Below are positions 7,444 through 15,678 of a stretch of DNA of 30,010 nt, one piece after another. The translations under genes and the position numbers were made by a program. This DNA is from a virus (lineage: Duplodnaviria > Caudoviricetes). Below the pieces are notes generated by a model. It saw only the letters and a list, made by a program, of their open reading frames with translations. It did no database searches and had not been told where the DNA came from. The stretch spans positions 1 through 30,010 of the IMG/VR virus record IMGVR_UViG_3300032332_000429; one strand, written 5' to 3'. The stretch's first letter is position 1. Every line of letters begins with the position of its first letter.

Positions 7444-8111
7444 TCGAGAAAAAAGTTACGTGGAGTCACTCCAGCCTCAAGGATTTTGAGGGCTGCGCGC
7501 GCCGCTATCATGAGGTCAAAGTACTCAAGAACTATCCGTTCACCGATACACAGGCCACTCTATACGGCAAAGAACTACACACCGCGGCTGAGCATTACGT
7601 AGCGCACGGCACGCCGTTGCCGGCGCAGTTTGAGTTTGTTCAGCCTGTGCTCGATGCGCTGATATCAAAGAACGGACGCAAGCTGACCGAGTACCAGATG
7701 GCGGTGACTAGTGATCTCAAACCCTGCGCATGGGCTGCGGACAATATGTGGGCACGCGGGATCGCTGACTTGCTGATCGTGGACGATGACGATCTGACTG
7801 CGTGGGTTGCTGACTATAAGACTGGGAATAACCGCTACCCGGACACTGACCAGCTAAAGCTGATGTCGCTGATGGTGTTCATCCACTTCCCGCACATCCG
7901 CCAAGTGAAATCGGCGCTGCTGTTTGTTGTGAAGAACGACATGGTCACGATGTCGATGGAGCGCTGTGAAGCTGAGAAGGCGTGGTGGGAGTACCGCGAG
8001 CGGGTTGCTCGCCTTGAAGCAGCGTTCGAAAACGATGTTTGGAATCCACGGCAGACGCCGCTCTGCCCGTGGTGTGTTGTTACGTCTTGTGAATTTAACC
8101 CTAAACACTGA
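7440..8111 (+). CDS. PD-(D/E)XK exonuclease (Cas4/RecB-like)
   Basis: WSHSSLKDFEGC, GKELH, RGIADL, DYKTG, QL, C-terminal CPWC-x4-C. Confidence 0.9.
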   Translation: MIEKKVTWSHSSLKDFEGCARRYHEVKVLKNYPFTDTQATLYGKELHTAAEHYVAHGTPLPAQFEFVQPVLDALISKNGRKLTEYQMAVTSDLKPCAWAADNMWARGIADLLIVDDDDLTAWVADYKTGNNRYPDTDQLKLMSLMVFIHFPHIRQVKSALLFVVKNDMVTMSMERCEAEKAWWEYRERVARLEAAFENDVWNPRQTPLCPWCVVTSCEFNPKH

Positions 8112-8118
8112 GGACTGT

Positions 8119-8352
8119 ATGAAAGCCAAAGCAAAAGCTACGCCAGAACTTGAAGTGACCCTGCAACCGTGCTTTATGCACGGGATCGCGATGTATGTGC
8201 CGCACGTAAAAAACCCTAAAGAGTGGGTGACCTATGGCGGAGTCAAGACCAAGACTTTGCAAGAACTGCAACTGATGGGCGCCAAGGTGCGGCACGAAAT
8301 GATGTATGTGCAGAACCCAGATACTGACTGGATCTCGCACGTGTACCTATGA
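8119..8352 (+). CDS. Hypothetical protein
   Basis: ATG 8119 after GAGGA, 77 aa, ATGA overlap with next gene. Confidence 0.7.
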   Translation: MKAKAKATPELEVTLQPCFMHGIAMYVPHVKNPKEWVTYGGVKTKTLQELQLMGAKVRHEMMYVQNPDTDWISHVYL

Positions 8353-8543
8353 AGTGTCCAGAGTGCTTTGAATCAATGAGAACTAAAGACACCCGGCAGT
8401 GGAAAGACCCCGCTAGAAATTTTGATTGGGTCGAGCGGCGCAGGGTATGTTCTTTATGCAACTATCGCGTGATGACAATCGAAATGCCCAAAGAAGTTTG
8501 GGCTAAATACTCGGAAGGTACAAATGAAGAACAAAATGTCTGA
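8349..8543 (+). CDS. NrdR/Ogr-like zinc-ribbon protein
   Basis: MKCPEC...KDTR...RRRVCSLC..R..TIE. Confidence 0.8.
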   Translation: MKCPECFESMRTKDTRQWKDPARNFDWVERRRVCSLCNYRVMTIEMPKEVWAKYSEGTNEEQNV

Positions 8544-8775
8544 AGCTTGGCGTGAGTGGTGGTTAATTACTCACGGCAAAAACACCCCGGCTGGTAGCTA
8601 CAACACGCTAGAAGCGCCTATGTGGGACGCATGGGAGGCTGCATGGAAAACGGCAGATAAGCAATCTCAAGTTGAGATTACGCACCTCAAAGAACAGTTG
8701 ATGCGCGCTAACACAAACGATGGCGCATACAAGGCTGCGTTTCTGGCCGGTCAAATGTCTAGGGATAAAAAATGA
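8524..8775 (+). CDS. Hypothetical protein
   Basis: 83-aa ORF in an overlapping chain; WDAWEAAW and AFLAG motifs typical of phage mini-genes. Confidence 0.7.
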   Translation: MKNKMSEAWREWWLITHGKNTPAGSYNTLEAPMWDAWEAAWKTADKQSQVEITHLKEQLMRANTNDGAYKAAFLAGQMSRDKK

Positions 8776-9104
8776 TTGCGCGCGACGACATCATCCGCAT
8801 GGCGCGGGAGGCTGGGTTTACAACCTTGTCAATAAATGAAGACTTATGGGGTCCATATCTTGAACGCTTCGCCAACCTTGTTGCCGCGCATGAGCGGGAG
8901 AAGGTGGCTAAGTGGATGGTCGAACGCAGCTATGCGACAGGGCATGGCGACACCGTTGAAGATCTATTGAAAGAATTAGAGTGGCAAGCTGCGGAGCGGG
9001 AACGGGAGGCATGTCGCTTGATAGTGCTAGACAACAGCGACGCTGATGGAATTTGCTGTACTGATGATGTGCTTGAAGCCTTCCGACAAAGGGGAGAGAA
9101 ATGA
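8772..9104 (+). CDS. Hypothetical mosaic phage protein (RDDIIRMAREAG / AAEREAC type)
   Basis: 110 aa, ATGA overlaps at both ends. Confidence 0.8.
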   Translation: MIARDDIIRMAREAGFTTLSINEDLWGPYLERFANLVAAHEREKVAKWMVERSYATGHGDTVEDLLKELEWQAAEREREACRLIVLDNSDADGICCTDDVLEAFRQRGEK

Positions 9105-9331
9105 ATAAAGAAAAAAGTGTTGCATTGGTAAATGGCGTATCAAAACCAATTGGTTCACTCATCATTAAGACAACAGACAATTACATTGCATTCTCTGGGC
9201 AAGGTGACATTAAACAGTTTGTTGCAAGTGACCTTGTAACCGACGATGGTCGGACGGTTGGAGAACGGAACCGAGCGGAGCTTCACACAATGCTTGATGA
9301 ATGGCTTGATGGCACATGGGTAGACTCATGA
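9101..9331 (+). CDS. Hypothetical protein
   Basis: 76 aa, GGAG RBS, ATGA overlap. Confidence 0.7.
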   Translation: MNKEKSVALVNGVSKPIGSLIIKTTDNYIAFSGQGDIKQFVASDLVTDDGRTVGERNRAELHTMLDEWLDGTWVDS

Positions 9332-9411
9332 CCTACACCTGCCTACGATGCGGCAGACCAATCCGCACAATCATTGTTAACTGCCCGTACTGCGGAAGGA
9401 GTCCGTTATGA
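9328..9411 (+). CDS. 27-aa zinc-finger microprotein, not in the ORF track
   Basis: MTYTCLRCGRPIRTIIVNCPYCGRSPL; ATGA-coupled to both neighbours. Confidence 0.7.
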   Translation: MTYTCLRCGRPIRTIIVNCPYCGRSPL

Positions 9412-9719
9412 CTGACCATGAACGCGGGTATCACCAAGGCTACGCAGATGCGATGAATTGGAAAACCCAGAACCATCTTGAACATTTTCCGGGTCGGGAA
9501 TGGATCGGGCTGACGGATGAGGATTTGGTCATGAACGAACGAATTAAAGAACTTGCTGAACAATGTTGGGATAAAAGATTAGATGGACTTCATTTTGATC
9601 AGGAAAAGTTTGCCGAGTTGATTGTGTTGGAATGTCTAAATGTTATTGATGAAGAAGTGAGCGGTATGCTCGGCGTTCATGTTATGAAAAAGATTGCTGA
9701 ACATTTTGGGATTGAATGA
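9408..9719 (+). CDS. Hypothetical mosaic protein (WIGLTDE module fused to MNERIKELAEQ module)
   Basis: 103 aa, AAGGAG RBS, internal RBS and ATG at 9531. Confidence 0.75.
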   Translation: MTDHERGYHQGYADAMNWKTQNHLEHFPGREWIGLTDEDLVMNERIKELAEQCWDKRLDGLHFDQEKFAELIVLECLNVIDEEVSGMLGVHVMKKIAEHFGIE

Positions 9720-9907
9720 TGGATGATGATTATGATGTTGTTATTGACGCATTACAAAAGTATCGTGATGCGTTATGGAAAATGACAGAACAAAATATAA
9801 ATTCAGAATGTATTCATATGAACATTATGGATGATATACGATTGCGACAAATTGAAGAATTGAATGAAGCAATTAAAGAAAGAAAGTTAGATAGGCATGG
9901 CGGATGA
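9716..9907 (+). CDS. Hypothetical protein (AT-rich)
   Basis: 63 aa, ATGA overlap. Confidence 0.65.
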   Translation: MMDDDYDVVIDALQKYRDALWKMTEQNINSECIHMNIMDDIRLRQIEELNEAIKERKLDRHGG

Positions 9908-10103
9908 ACACATGACTGAACAAAGCTCAAAATTAACCGTTATTCCATCATCAAATCAAAAAGTAATGGGGCAAGACCTCATGAATGAATTGCGTGAGGT
10001 TATCAATTCGGGTAAGTACGACCACATGACTATTGCAACCGTAATTGGTGTATTAGAAATGACAAAACTGCATTACTGGCAACGTAATTTAACTGAGGAT
10101 TGA
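9897..10103 (+). CDS. Hypothetical protein (AT-rich)
   Basis: 68 aa; TVIGVLEMTK C-terminal helix. Confidence 0.65.
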   Translation: MADEHMTEQSSKLTVIPSSNQKVMGQDLMNELREVINSGKYDHMTIATVIGVLEMTKLHYWQRNLTED

Positions 10104-10106
10104 ATC

Positions 10107-10454
10107 ATGACTGACCGCGAACTAATGCAACAAGCGCTGGATGCGTTAATGGCTGCTGACCCAGACGACATGGTTTTTGATGCGGAAGGTCACATGGTGT
10201 TTCGCAAAGACGTAGCCATCAACGCCCTGCGCGATAGGCTGGCGCAACCAAAAACCCCCGATGTCACCCCCGAAGTCAACCCATATGTGATTGACTGCCC
10301 CCGGTGCGGTCATTGCTGTCCACAGTGGGTCGGGCTGACTGATGATGAGATCAAAGAAATTATAGGGCCGTGGGGGAATACGCCAATCAAAGGCTACACC
10401 CGCAAACTATTTGACCAGATTGAAGCGAAACTCAAGGATAAAAACGGTGGATAA
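10107..10454 (+). CDS. Hypothetical mosaic protein (MTDRELMQQALDAL...WVGLTD...IEAKLKDKN type)
   Basis: 115 aa, GAGGA RBS, CPRCGHCC motif. Confidence 0.8.
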   Translation: MTDRELMQQALDALMAADPDDMVFDAEGHMVFRKDVAINALRDRLAQPKTPDVTPEVNPYVIDCPRCGHCCPQWVGLTDDEIKEIIGPWGNTPIKGYTRKLFDQIEAKLKDKNGG

Positions 10455-10638
10455 CGAGTTAACCGAAGAGGAACTAGAGAAGCTGATCATGAAGGTGGCG
10501 GGGCACATTGATGCGCAGGGGGAGAAAGTTTCCCTTATACCCAAGTGGGTGATGTACCGCCCCGCCGACTTGGAAGCACTTGGGCTTACGCACGAAGATA
10601 TTGTTAAGTTAATCAAGGAGAAGCACGATGCCACTTAA
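10447..10638 (+). CDS. Hypothetical protein
   Basis: GTG 10447 after AAGGA, in frame with track ORF 10411-10638. Confidence 0.65.
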   Translation: MDNELTEEELEKLIMKVAGHIDAQGEKVSLIPKWVMYRPADLEALGLTHEDIVKLIKEKHDAT

Positions 10639-10867
10639 ACCACACCCAACAGACCCAGACAAACTTGTATTTACAGCAGGCGATTACGCAATGCCAACCT
10701 ACTTCACATCAGAACACGCCATGAGCATGACCCTGCGCGATTACTTTGCGGGACAGGCTATGCAAGCGTTAATAACCAGAGAAACCAAAATGATCCCTGA
10801 CCCATCGGTGTACGCAGGTGCGGCCTATGACCTTGCAGACGCAATGCTAGAAGCGAGAAGCAAATGA
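10628..10867 (+). CDS. Conserved phage protein (MTLRDYFA...AY..ADAML family)
   Basis: 79 aa, AAGGAG RBS, MTLRDYFAGQAMQ and AYDLADAMLEAR motifs. Confidence 0.85.
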   Translation: MPLKPHPTDPDKLVFTAGDYAMPTYFTSEHAMSMTLRDYFAGQAMQALITRETKMIPDPSVYAGAAYDLADAMLEARSK

Positions 10868-11082
10868 AGCGTGAACTATATGACTTCACAACCCCTCCTG
10901 ATTCAAAGGGGGCACACGCTAGTTTGTACTACTTCCCGCACAATAAGCAAAGCAGTATTGGACTTCAGTCTCGCGCGCCGGCATATAACGAACCGCCGTG
11001 CATGGTGGCTAACTACGACAAAGAAGGCAACCTGCTGTACACGCGGTTCATTTTTAAAGACGGGACATGGAGAGATGACTAA
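10864..11082 (+). CDS. Hypothetical protein
   Basis: 72 aa, ATGA overlap. Confidence 0.7.
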   Translation: MKRELYDFTTPPDSKGAHASLYYFPHNKQSSIGLQSRAPAYNEPPCMVANYDKEGNLLYTRFIFKDGTWRDD

Positions 11083-11221
11083 GTACGGAATCCTTGATGA
11101 CGAAGGCAATGTAGTACGGTGGGTCTGGCACATGCCGCCATACCCTCACATAGTCGAGCGCATCAAACGCAAACGTAAACCCAAGTTGGACTTGTCCAAC
11201 GTACCAGACGCACTATTTTAG
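11075..11221 (+). CDS. Small hypothetical protein (48 aa)
   Basis: ATG 11075 after GGAG; MTKYGILDDEG...PDALF. Confidence 0.65.
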   Translation: MTKYGILDDEGNVVRWVWHMPPYPHIVERIKRKRKPKLDLSNVPDALF

Positions 11222-11229
11222 GAGGTTGT

Positions 11230-11493
11230 ATGAGCGGCGGTTATTTTAAATACGAGCAGTTCAAACTGCACCAAATTGCTGACGATATAGAACAGCTTAT
11301 TGTGGAGAACGATGAGACTGAGTGGGACTACAAGTTCAAACCGGAAACGCTCTACGAACTTGAAACGGCAGTGAACCTGCTGCGCAGAGCATACATTTAC
11401 GTACAGCGTATTGACTACCTAGTTTCTTCGGATGATTCCGAAGCTACGTTTCTGCGGCGCCTTAACGAACAACTAAAGGATCAAGATGTTTAA
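11230..11493 (+). CDS. Conserved hypothetical phage protein (MSGGYF...IDYLVSSDD family)
   Basis: 87 aa, strong AGGAGG RBS. Confidence 0.85.
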   Translation: MSGGYFKYEQFKLHQIADDIEQLIVENDETEWDYKFKPETLYELETAVNLLRRAYIYVQRIDYLVSSDDSEATFLRRLNEQLKDQDV

Positions 11494-11615
11494 TGAATAT
11501 GACGGACTCATTAATGATGGATTTTTTGCTGTGCTGTTGGATTGCATGGCGAACTCTTCTGCTGACATGGTTATTTTTTTACTTGGTGACGGACAGTGAA
11601 ATACACAATGATTAA
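11493..11615 (+). CDS. Possible small membrane protein (40 aa)
   Basis: TAATG overlap; hydrophobic FLLCCWIAWRTLLLTWLFFYLV; a competing frame 11486-11599 also exists. Confidence 0.4.
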   Translation: MNMTDSLMMDFLLCCWIAWRTLLLTWLFFYLVTDSEIHND

Positions 11616-11787
11616 CTTGAAATGGGATACGCTAAAAGAAGAAGGCGTGGTGGCTACCAAACCAGAATTCGACGGTGCGTATCGGATACTGCAACTAGAT
11701 GTGTTGCAAGACTGTATCTACGATCTACAAAAACTCTACGACCGCATTCATCAAGAGGAATACCCAAGTGACACACCCCGTACTTGA
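11596..11787 (+). CDS. Hypothetical protein
   Basis: 63 aa, start may be ATG 11608; QLDVLQDCIYDL motif. Confidence 0.65.
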   Translation: MKYTMINLKWDTLKEEGVVATKPEFDGAYRILQLDVLQDCIYDLQKLYDRIHQEEYPSDTPRT

Positions 11788-12100
11788 ATACTTAAAAGAA
11801 CACGGCGAGTTACCGGCAGCAAAAATCTTTATACCCGACATGACTTTGGGCGCAATTAAAAACGCTTTGCGAAAGTTCTACTTTGAGGGTGTGCTGCTGC
11901 GCAGAGAGATCCCGATGGACGGGACTAAAGCAAGGATGTACATGGCGTACAGCCTATCGGGCAAAGAACCGGGACCCAGAAAAAGACCCCAAACCAATGA
12001 AGAAAGAATAAGAAACGCCGCGCTCAAGAACGAACCAAACTACGCATACCACCTACGCAACTTACCGAGGCATCAAGAATGCGAATCGATCTACTCTTAA
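11768..12100 (+). CDS. Putative winged-helix DNA-binding protein
   Basis: GTG 11768 after GAGGA; VLEYLKEHG...AIKNALRKFYFEGVLLR pattern. Confidence 0.6.
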   Translation: MTHPVLEYLKEHGELPAAKIFIPDMTLGAIKNALRKFYFEGVLLRREIPMDGTKARMYMAYSLSGKEPGPRKRPQTNEERIRNAALKNEPNYAYHLRNLPRHQECESIYS

Positions 12101-12171
12101 ACTGGCTGGCCTTTCTTGCGGTGCTGTACGTAGCCTGCCTATGTGCCTACGCGATTGTTGTTTTTAACTGA
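12079..12171 (+). CDS. 30-aa single-pass membrane peptide, not in the ORF track
   Basis: GAGG RBS; MRIDLLLNWLAFLAVLYVACLCAYAIVVFN fills the intergenic gap. Confidence 0.55.
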   Translation: MRIDLLLNWLAFLAVLYVACLCAYAIVVFN

Positions 12172-12184
12172 CAGGAGACGCTAA

Positions 12185-12370
12185 ATGCTTGTCAACGGAC
12201 AATTTGTCAAAGACTGGGACAAATCCCAGATGTGTACCGGGTACTATCGTAAGCAGCAACCCAAGTGGATTTCGTGGGACATGGAGCGCCTGCAAGATTC
12301 GCTCCTGTGGGGGAAGCGGCTGCGCCCTACCCTGCTAGATCGCATCAAATACATAGGCTTTACCCGCTAA
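12185..12370 (+). CDS. Hypothetical protein
   Basis: 61 aa, AGGAG RBS. Confidence 0.75.
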   Translation: MLVNGQFVKDWDKSQMCTGYYRKQQPKWISWDMERLQDSLLWGKRLRPTLLDRIKYIGFTR

Positions 12371-12371
12371 C

Positions 12372-13934
12372 ATGCAGATCATTGAAAACAAAGCGCTTCT
12401 TTTCAGGACGCGCAACCCCGACAAGTATTCAATCATCCCCAAGCACAAAGTCTTGGAAGCGGATGAGGATGGCATACATGAGGTGGCCGTCTACTGGGGG
12501 CTGGACGAGGCGAGGGTGTTACAGAACCTAGGGGTAAAGAACGTCCCCTCACCCATCACCGGGCGCTACGCATGGCCCGGTCGCTACAAACCCATGCAGC
12601 ACCAAATAGATACTGCCGCTTTTCTGACAATGCACAGGCGGGCGTTTTGCTTCAATGATCCCGGTACAGGCAAGACGATGTCCGCATTGTGGGCCGCGGA
12701 CTACCTGATCGAGAAAGGCTACGTGCGCCGGGTGTTGGTGCTGTGCCCGCTCTCGATCATGCAGTCGGCGTGGATGCAGGACTTAAACAACGCCATCATG
12801 CACAGGAGCGCCATCGTTGCGCATCACACACAGTCTTCGCGTCGGATCGAGATGATTCAGCAGGACTATGAATTCGTGATCACCAACTACGACGGGCTGG
12901 CGCTAGTAGCCCCGGAGATCAACCGCGATGAGCGGTTTGATCTGATCATTGTGGATGAAGCCAACGCTTACAAGAACGCGACGACCAATCGTTGGAAGGC
13001 GCTGGCATCGATCTTAAAACCCGAGACGTACCTGTGGATGATGACGGGCACACCTGCTTCGCAGTCACCCGTGGACGCCTACGGCTTAGCCAAACTGGTC
13101 AATCCCAATGGCATACCCAAGTACATCTCGGCGTGGCGTGACCAGACGATGCTTAAAATCACGCAGTTTAAGTGGGCGCCCAAACCCAATGCCGCTGAGC
13201 TAGTGTTTGATGCGCTGCAACCCGCGATTAGATTTACCAAAGGCCAGTGTCTGGATCTGCCGCCCGTGATCACGGTCACCCGCGACGTACCAATGACGCC
13301 ACAGCAGAGCAAGTACTACCGTCTACTCAAAGAGCAGATGATGGTCAAGGCGGCTGGGGAGACGATCAGCGCAGTCAATGCAGGCGTAGCCGTGAGCAAG
13401 CTGCTTCAGATCAGTTGCGGTGCGGCGTACACAGATGACAAGGAAGTGGTTGAGTTTGACGCCAGCCCGCGGCTGTCTGTACTTGAAGAAGTGTTGGAAG
13501 AGACAGAACGCAAAGTGCTGATCTTTGCTATGTTCCGTACCAGCATCGACGCGATCTCGGCGTACCTTAACAAAAAGGGGTATCCCACTGAGCAGATCCA
13601 AGGCGATGTCAGCCCAGCCAAGCGTACTCGGATCATCCACGACTTCCAAACCACAGATAACTTGCGGGTGTTGGTGCTACAGCCTGCGGCTGCGGCGCAT
13701 GGGTTAACGCTGACGGCTGCGGACACGGTGATCTTCTATGGCCCGCTGATGTCGGTTGAGATGTACACGCAGTGTATCGCCCGCGCTGATCGTAAGGGTC
13801 AGGACTCGGACAAGGTGACGGTTGTCCACCTTCAGAGCAGCCACATCGAGCGCGAAATGTTCAAGGCAATGAACAGCAAAGTGAGCGAACACGCGCTGCT
13901 GGTGAACCTGTTCAATGAAGAGATCAAAAGCTGA
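12372..13934 (+). CDS. SNF2-family (SF2) helicase
   Basis: HQ, DPGTGKT (Walker A), IIVDEA (Walker B), MTGTP, HGLTLT, QCIARADRKGQ. Confidence 0.95.
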   Translation: MQIIENKALLFRTRNPDKYSIIPKHKVLEADEDGIHEVAVYWGLDEARVLQNLGVKNVPSPITGRYAWPGRYKPMQHQIDTAAFLTMHRRAFCFNDPGTGKTMSALWAADYLIEKGYVRRVLVLCPLSIMQSAWMQDLNNAIMHRSAIVAHHTQSSRRIEMIQQDYEFVITNYDGLALVAPEINRDERFDLIIVDEANAYKNATTNRWKALASILKPETYLWMMTGTPASQSPVDAYGLAKLVNPNGIPKYISAWRDQTMLKITQFKWAPKPNAAELVFDALQPAIRFTKGQCLDLPPVITVTRDVPMTPQQSKYYRLLKEQMMVKAAGETISAVNAGVAVSKLLQISCGAAYTDDKEVVEFDASPRLSVLEEVLEETERKVLIFAMFRTSIDAISAYLNKKGYPTEQIQGDVSPAKRTRIIHDFQTTDNLRVLVLQPAAAAHGLTLTAADTVIFYGPLMSVEMYTQCIARADRKGQDSDKVTVVHLQSSHIEREMFKAMNSKVSEHALLVNLFNEEIKS

Positions 13935-13943
13935 ACAAACCAC

Positions 13944-13986
13944 TTGCAATGTCAAACGGATCGTGTAGAATGTCAAACACTAGACA
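13944..13986 (+). promoter_or_regulatory. Sigma70-like promoter with operator-like near-palindrome
   Basis: TTGCAA(13944)-N16-TAGAAT(13966); TGTCAAAC twice (13950, 13971); TGTCAA-ACAC-TAGACA at 13971-13986. Confidence 0.6.
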
Positions 13987-14001
13987 AACTTGGAGTGTGA
14001 A

Positions 14002-14409
14002 ATGAGCGAAGACACCATTCAGATGGACAAACTCGTCCGCGTTTATCGTAAGATGTCAACCCGCATTCAAGAGTTGACCGCAGAGTATGAGAACACCGTT
14101 GAGCCAATCAAGGCGCAGCAAGAGCAGATTAAACTGGCGATCAAGGATCAAATGCTGGCGCTAGGGCTGGCGTCCGTTCGCACGGTAGAAGGTACAGTGG
14201 TGATGTCCCAAAAGACGCGCTACTCTACGCAGGACTGGGACTCTTTCAAGAAGTTCGTGCTTGAGCACGAGGCTGTGGATCTGTTGGAGAAGCGCGTAGC
14301 GCAGACCAACATGGCGCAGTTTCTGGAAGAGAACCCCGGTCTTGTTCCCCCCGGTCTGAACTCCATGTCGGAGTACAGTATCACTGTCAAAAAGCCAACC
14401 ACTAAGTAA
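14002..14409 (+). CDS. Conserved coiled-coil phage protein (Gam/Gp157-like architecture)
   Basis: ATG 14002 after GGAG; N-terminal coiled coil, SVRT..GT, DWDSF, LLEKRV, PPGL. Confidence 0.7.
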   Translation: MSEDTIQMDKLVRVYRKMSTRIQELTAEYENTVEPIKAQQEQIKLAIKDQMLALGLASVRTVEGTVVMSQKTRYSTQDWDSFKKFVLEHEAVDLLEKRVAQTNMAQFLEENPGLVPPGLNSMSEYSITVKKPTTK

Positions 14410-14421
14410 GGCGATTCCACT

Positions 14422-15348
14422 ATGTCCAACGTAGCTATTTTTAATCCCGCGCAAGTACCTGCTCATGTTCGTGCGCGGACAGAACTTTCGTCAATGGCCA
14501 AAGCCCTCGGTGGCGGCGGCGGTAGCGGAGGTAAGCGAATCAGTATTGCAGGCGGCGTGTTCCGTCTGTACCACGGCGGCAAAGAGATTGCGGCTATCGA
14601 GGAACGCCACCTCGACGTTGTGATTATCAACGCCGCTGCCCACATTGGTCGGGTCTGGTACGCTAAGTCCTACGATGGTGAAGCAACTTCGCCTGACTGC
14701 TGGTCTGCTGATGGCACAACGCCTAGCAATGAATCAAGCAACAAGCAGTCGGACGCTTGCGCAACCTGCCCCAAGAATATTGCGGGATCTGGCCAAGGTA
14801 ACTCGCGTGCTTGCCGCTATCAGCAGCGCTTGGCTGTTGTGCTACCGAACGATATTGGCGGGGATGTTCTGGCGCTTCAAGTACCAGCCACTTCGATCTG
14901 GGACAAAGACGCTAAAGGCGATGACCGTCCGTTGCAGGCATACGCCCGCTTTTTGGGTGCTCAGAAGATCGAGCCAAGTGACGTGGTCACGCGCATCAAG
15001 TTTGACACGAAGAGCCAGTCGCCCAAGATGTTCTTCAAGGCAGTTGAGTGGGTTGACGGAAGTGACCTGCCAACCATCGAGATGCAGAGCAAAACGGATG
15101 ACGCTATCAAGGCGATCACGATGTCGTTCTCTAAGAACGAAGCTGCTGCTCCAGCACCACTGGCACTCGGCGCGCGCCCTGACCGCAAGGTAGAAGCCAA
15201 GTCGGAAGCCAAGTCTGCGAAGCTTGAAGCTCTCGTTGCGGACGAAGAGCAGGCTGAAGAGCCGGTTGTTCGCAAGGAAGAGAAGAAGGCGAGCGCGGTG
15301 CCGGCCAAGAAGAGTAGTCTAATGGCTATGGTTGACGACTGGGAATAA
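14422..15348 (+). CDS. Putative single-stranded DNA-binding protein
   Basis: Position in replication module; RISI.GGVF, PDCWS, CATCPKN, RACRY; flexible Ala/Lys/Glu tail ending in acidic-aromatic DDWE. Confidence 0.6.
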   Translation: MSNVAIFNPAQVPAHVRARTELSSMAKALGGGGGSGGKRISIAGGVFRLYHGGKEIAAIEERHLDVVIINAAAHIGRVWYAKSYDGEATSPDCWSADGTTPSNESSNKQSDACATCPKNIAGSGQGNSRACRYQQRLAVVLPNDIGGDVLALQVPATSIWDKDAKGDDRPLQAYARFLGAQKIEPSDVVTRIKFDTKSQSPKMFFKAVEWVDGSDLPTIEMQSKTDDAIKAITMSFSKNEAAAPAPLALGARPDRKVEAKSEAKSAKLEALVADEEQAEEPVVRKEEKKASAVPAKKSSLMAMVDDWE

Positions 15349-15363
15349 ACCTTTAAAGGGGTT

Positions 15364-15380
15364 GGGGGCTTCGTGCCCCC
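15364..15380. other. GC-rich hairpin upstream of the HTH gene
   Basis: GGGGGC-TTCGT-GCCCCC without a U-tract. Confidence 0.5.
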
Positions 15381-15387
15381 GCTAAAT

Positions 15388-15666
15388 ATGTCTTACACAC
15401 AGAAAACAATTGACACCGTTGCTGCAGCGCCCAAGACACTTGGTAACCAGCTTGGGCGCTGGGCTGTCTATCGTGACTTCCCAGTACTACGCATAGCCAA
15501 GATCACGGGTGCTACGCGCCAGTCTGTCTACAACTGGTTTTCCGGCAAAGAAATTTTTCCGGCCTATCGGCCCATCATCGAGGCATTAATTCAAATTTTG
15601 CGGGCCAATCCTGACCCCGAAATTGCATACCAAGAAGCATGCAAGAAGTTCAATATCAACCCGTAA
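15388..15666 (+). CDS. Cro/CI-like helix-turn-helix regulator
   Basis: VLRIAKITGATRQSVYNWFSG HTH; ATG 15388 preferred over GTG 15373, which lies inside the hairpin. Confidence 0.8.
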   Translation: MSYTQKTIDTVAAAPKTLGNQLGRWAVYRDFPVLRIAKITGATRQSVYNWFSGKEIFPAYRPIIEALIQILRANPDPEIAYQEACKKFNINP

Positions 15667-15678
15667 CTTGGGGCGTTC

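Noticed and set aside
15364-15380. Intrinsic terminator
   Set aside because: Hairpin lacks a U-tract on either strand; kept only as a hairpin
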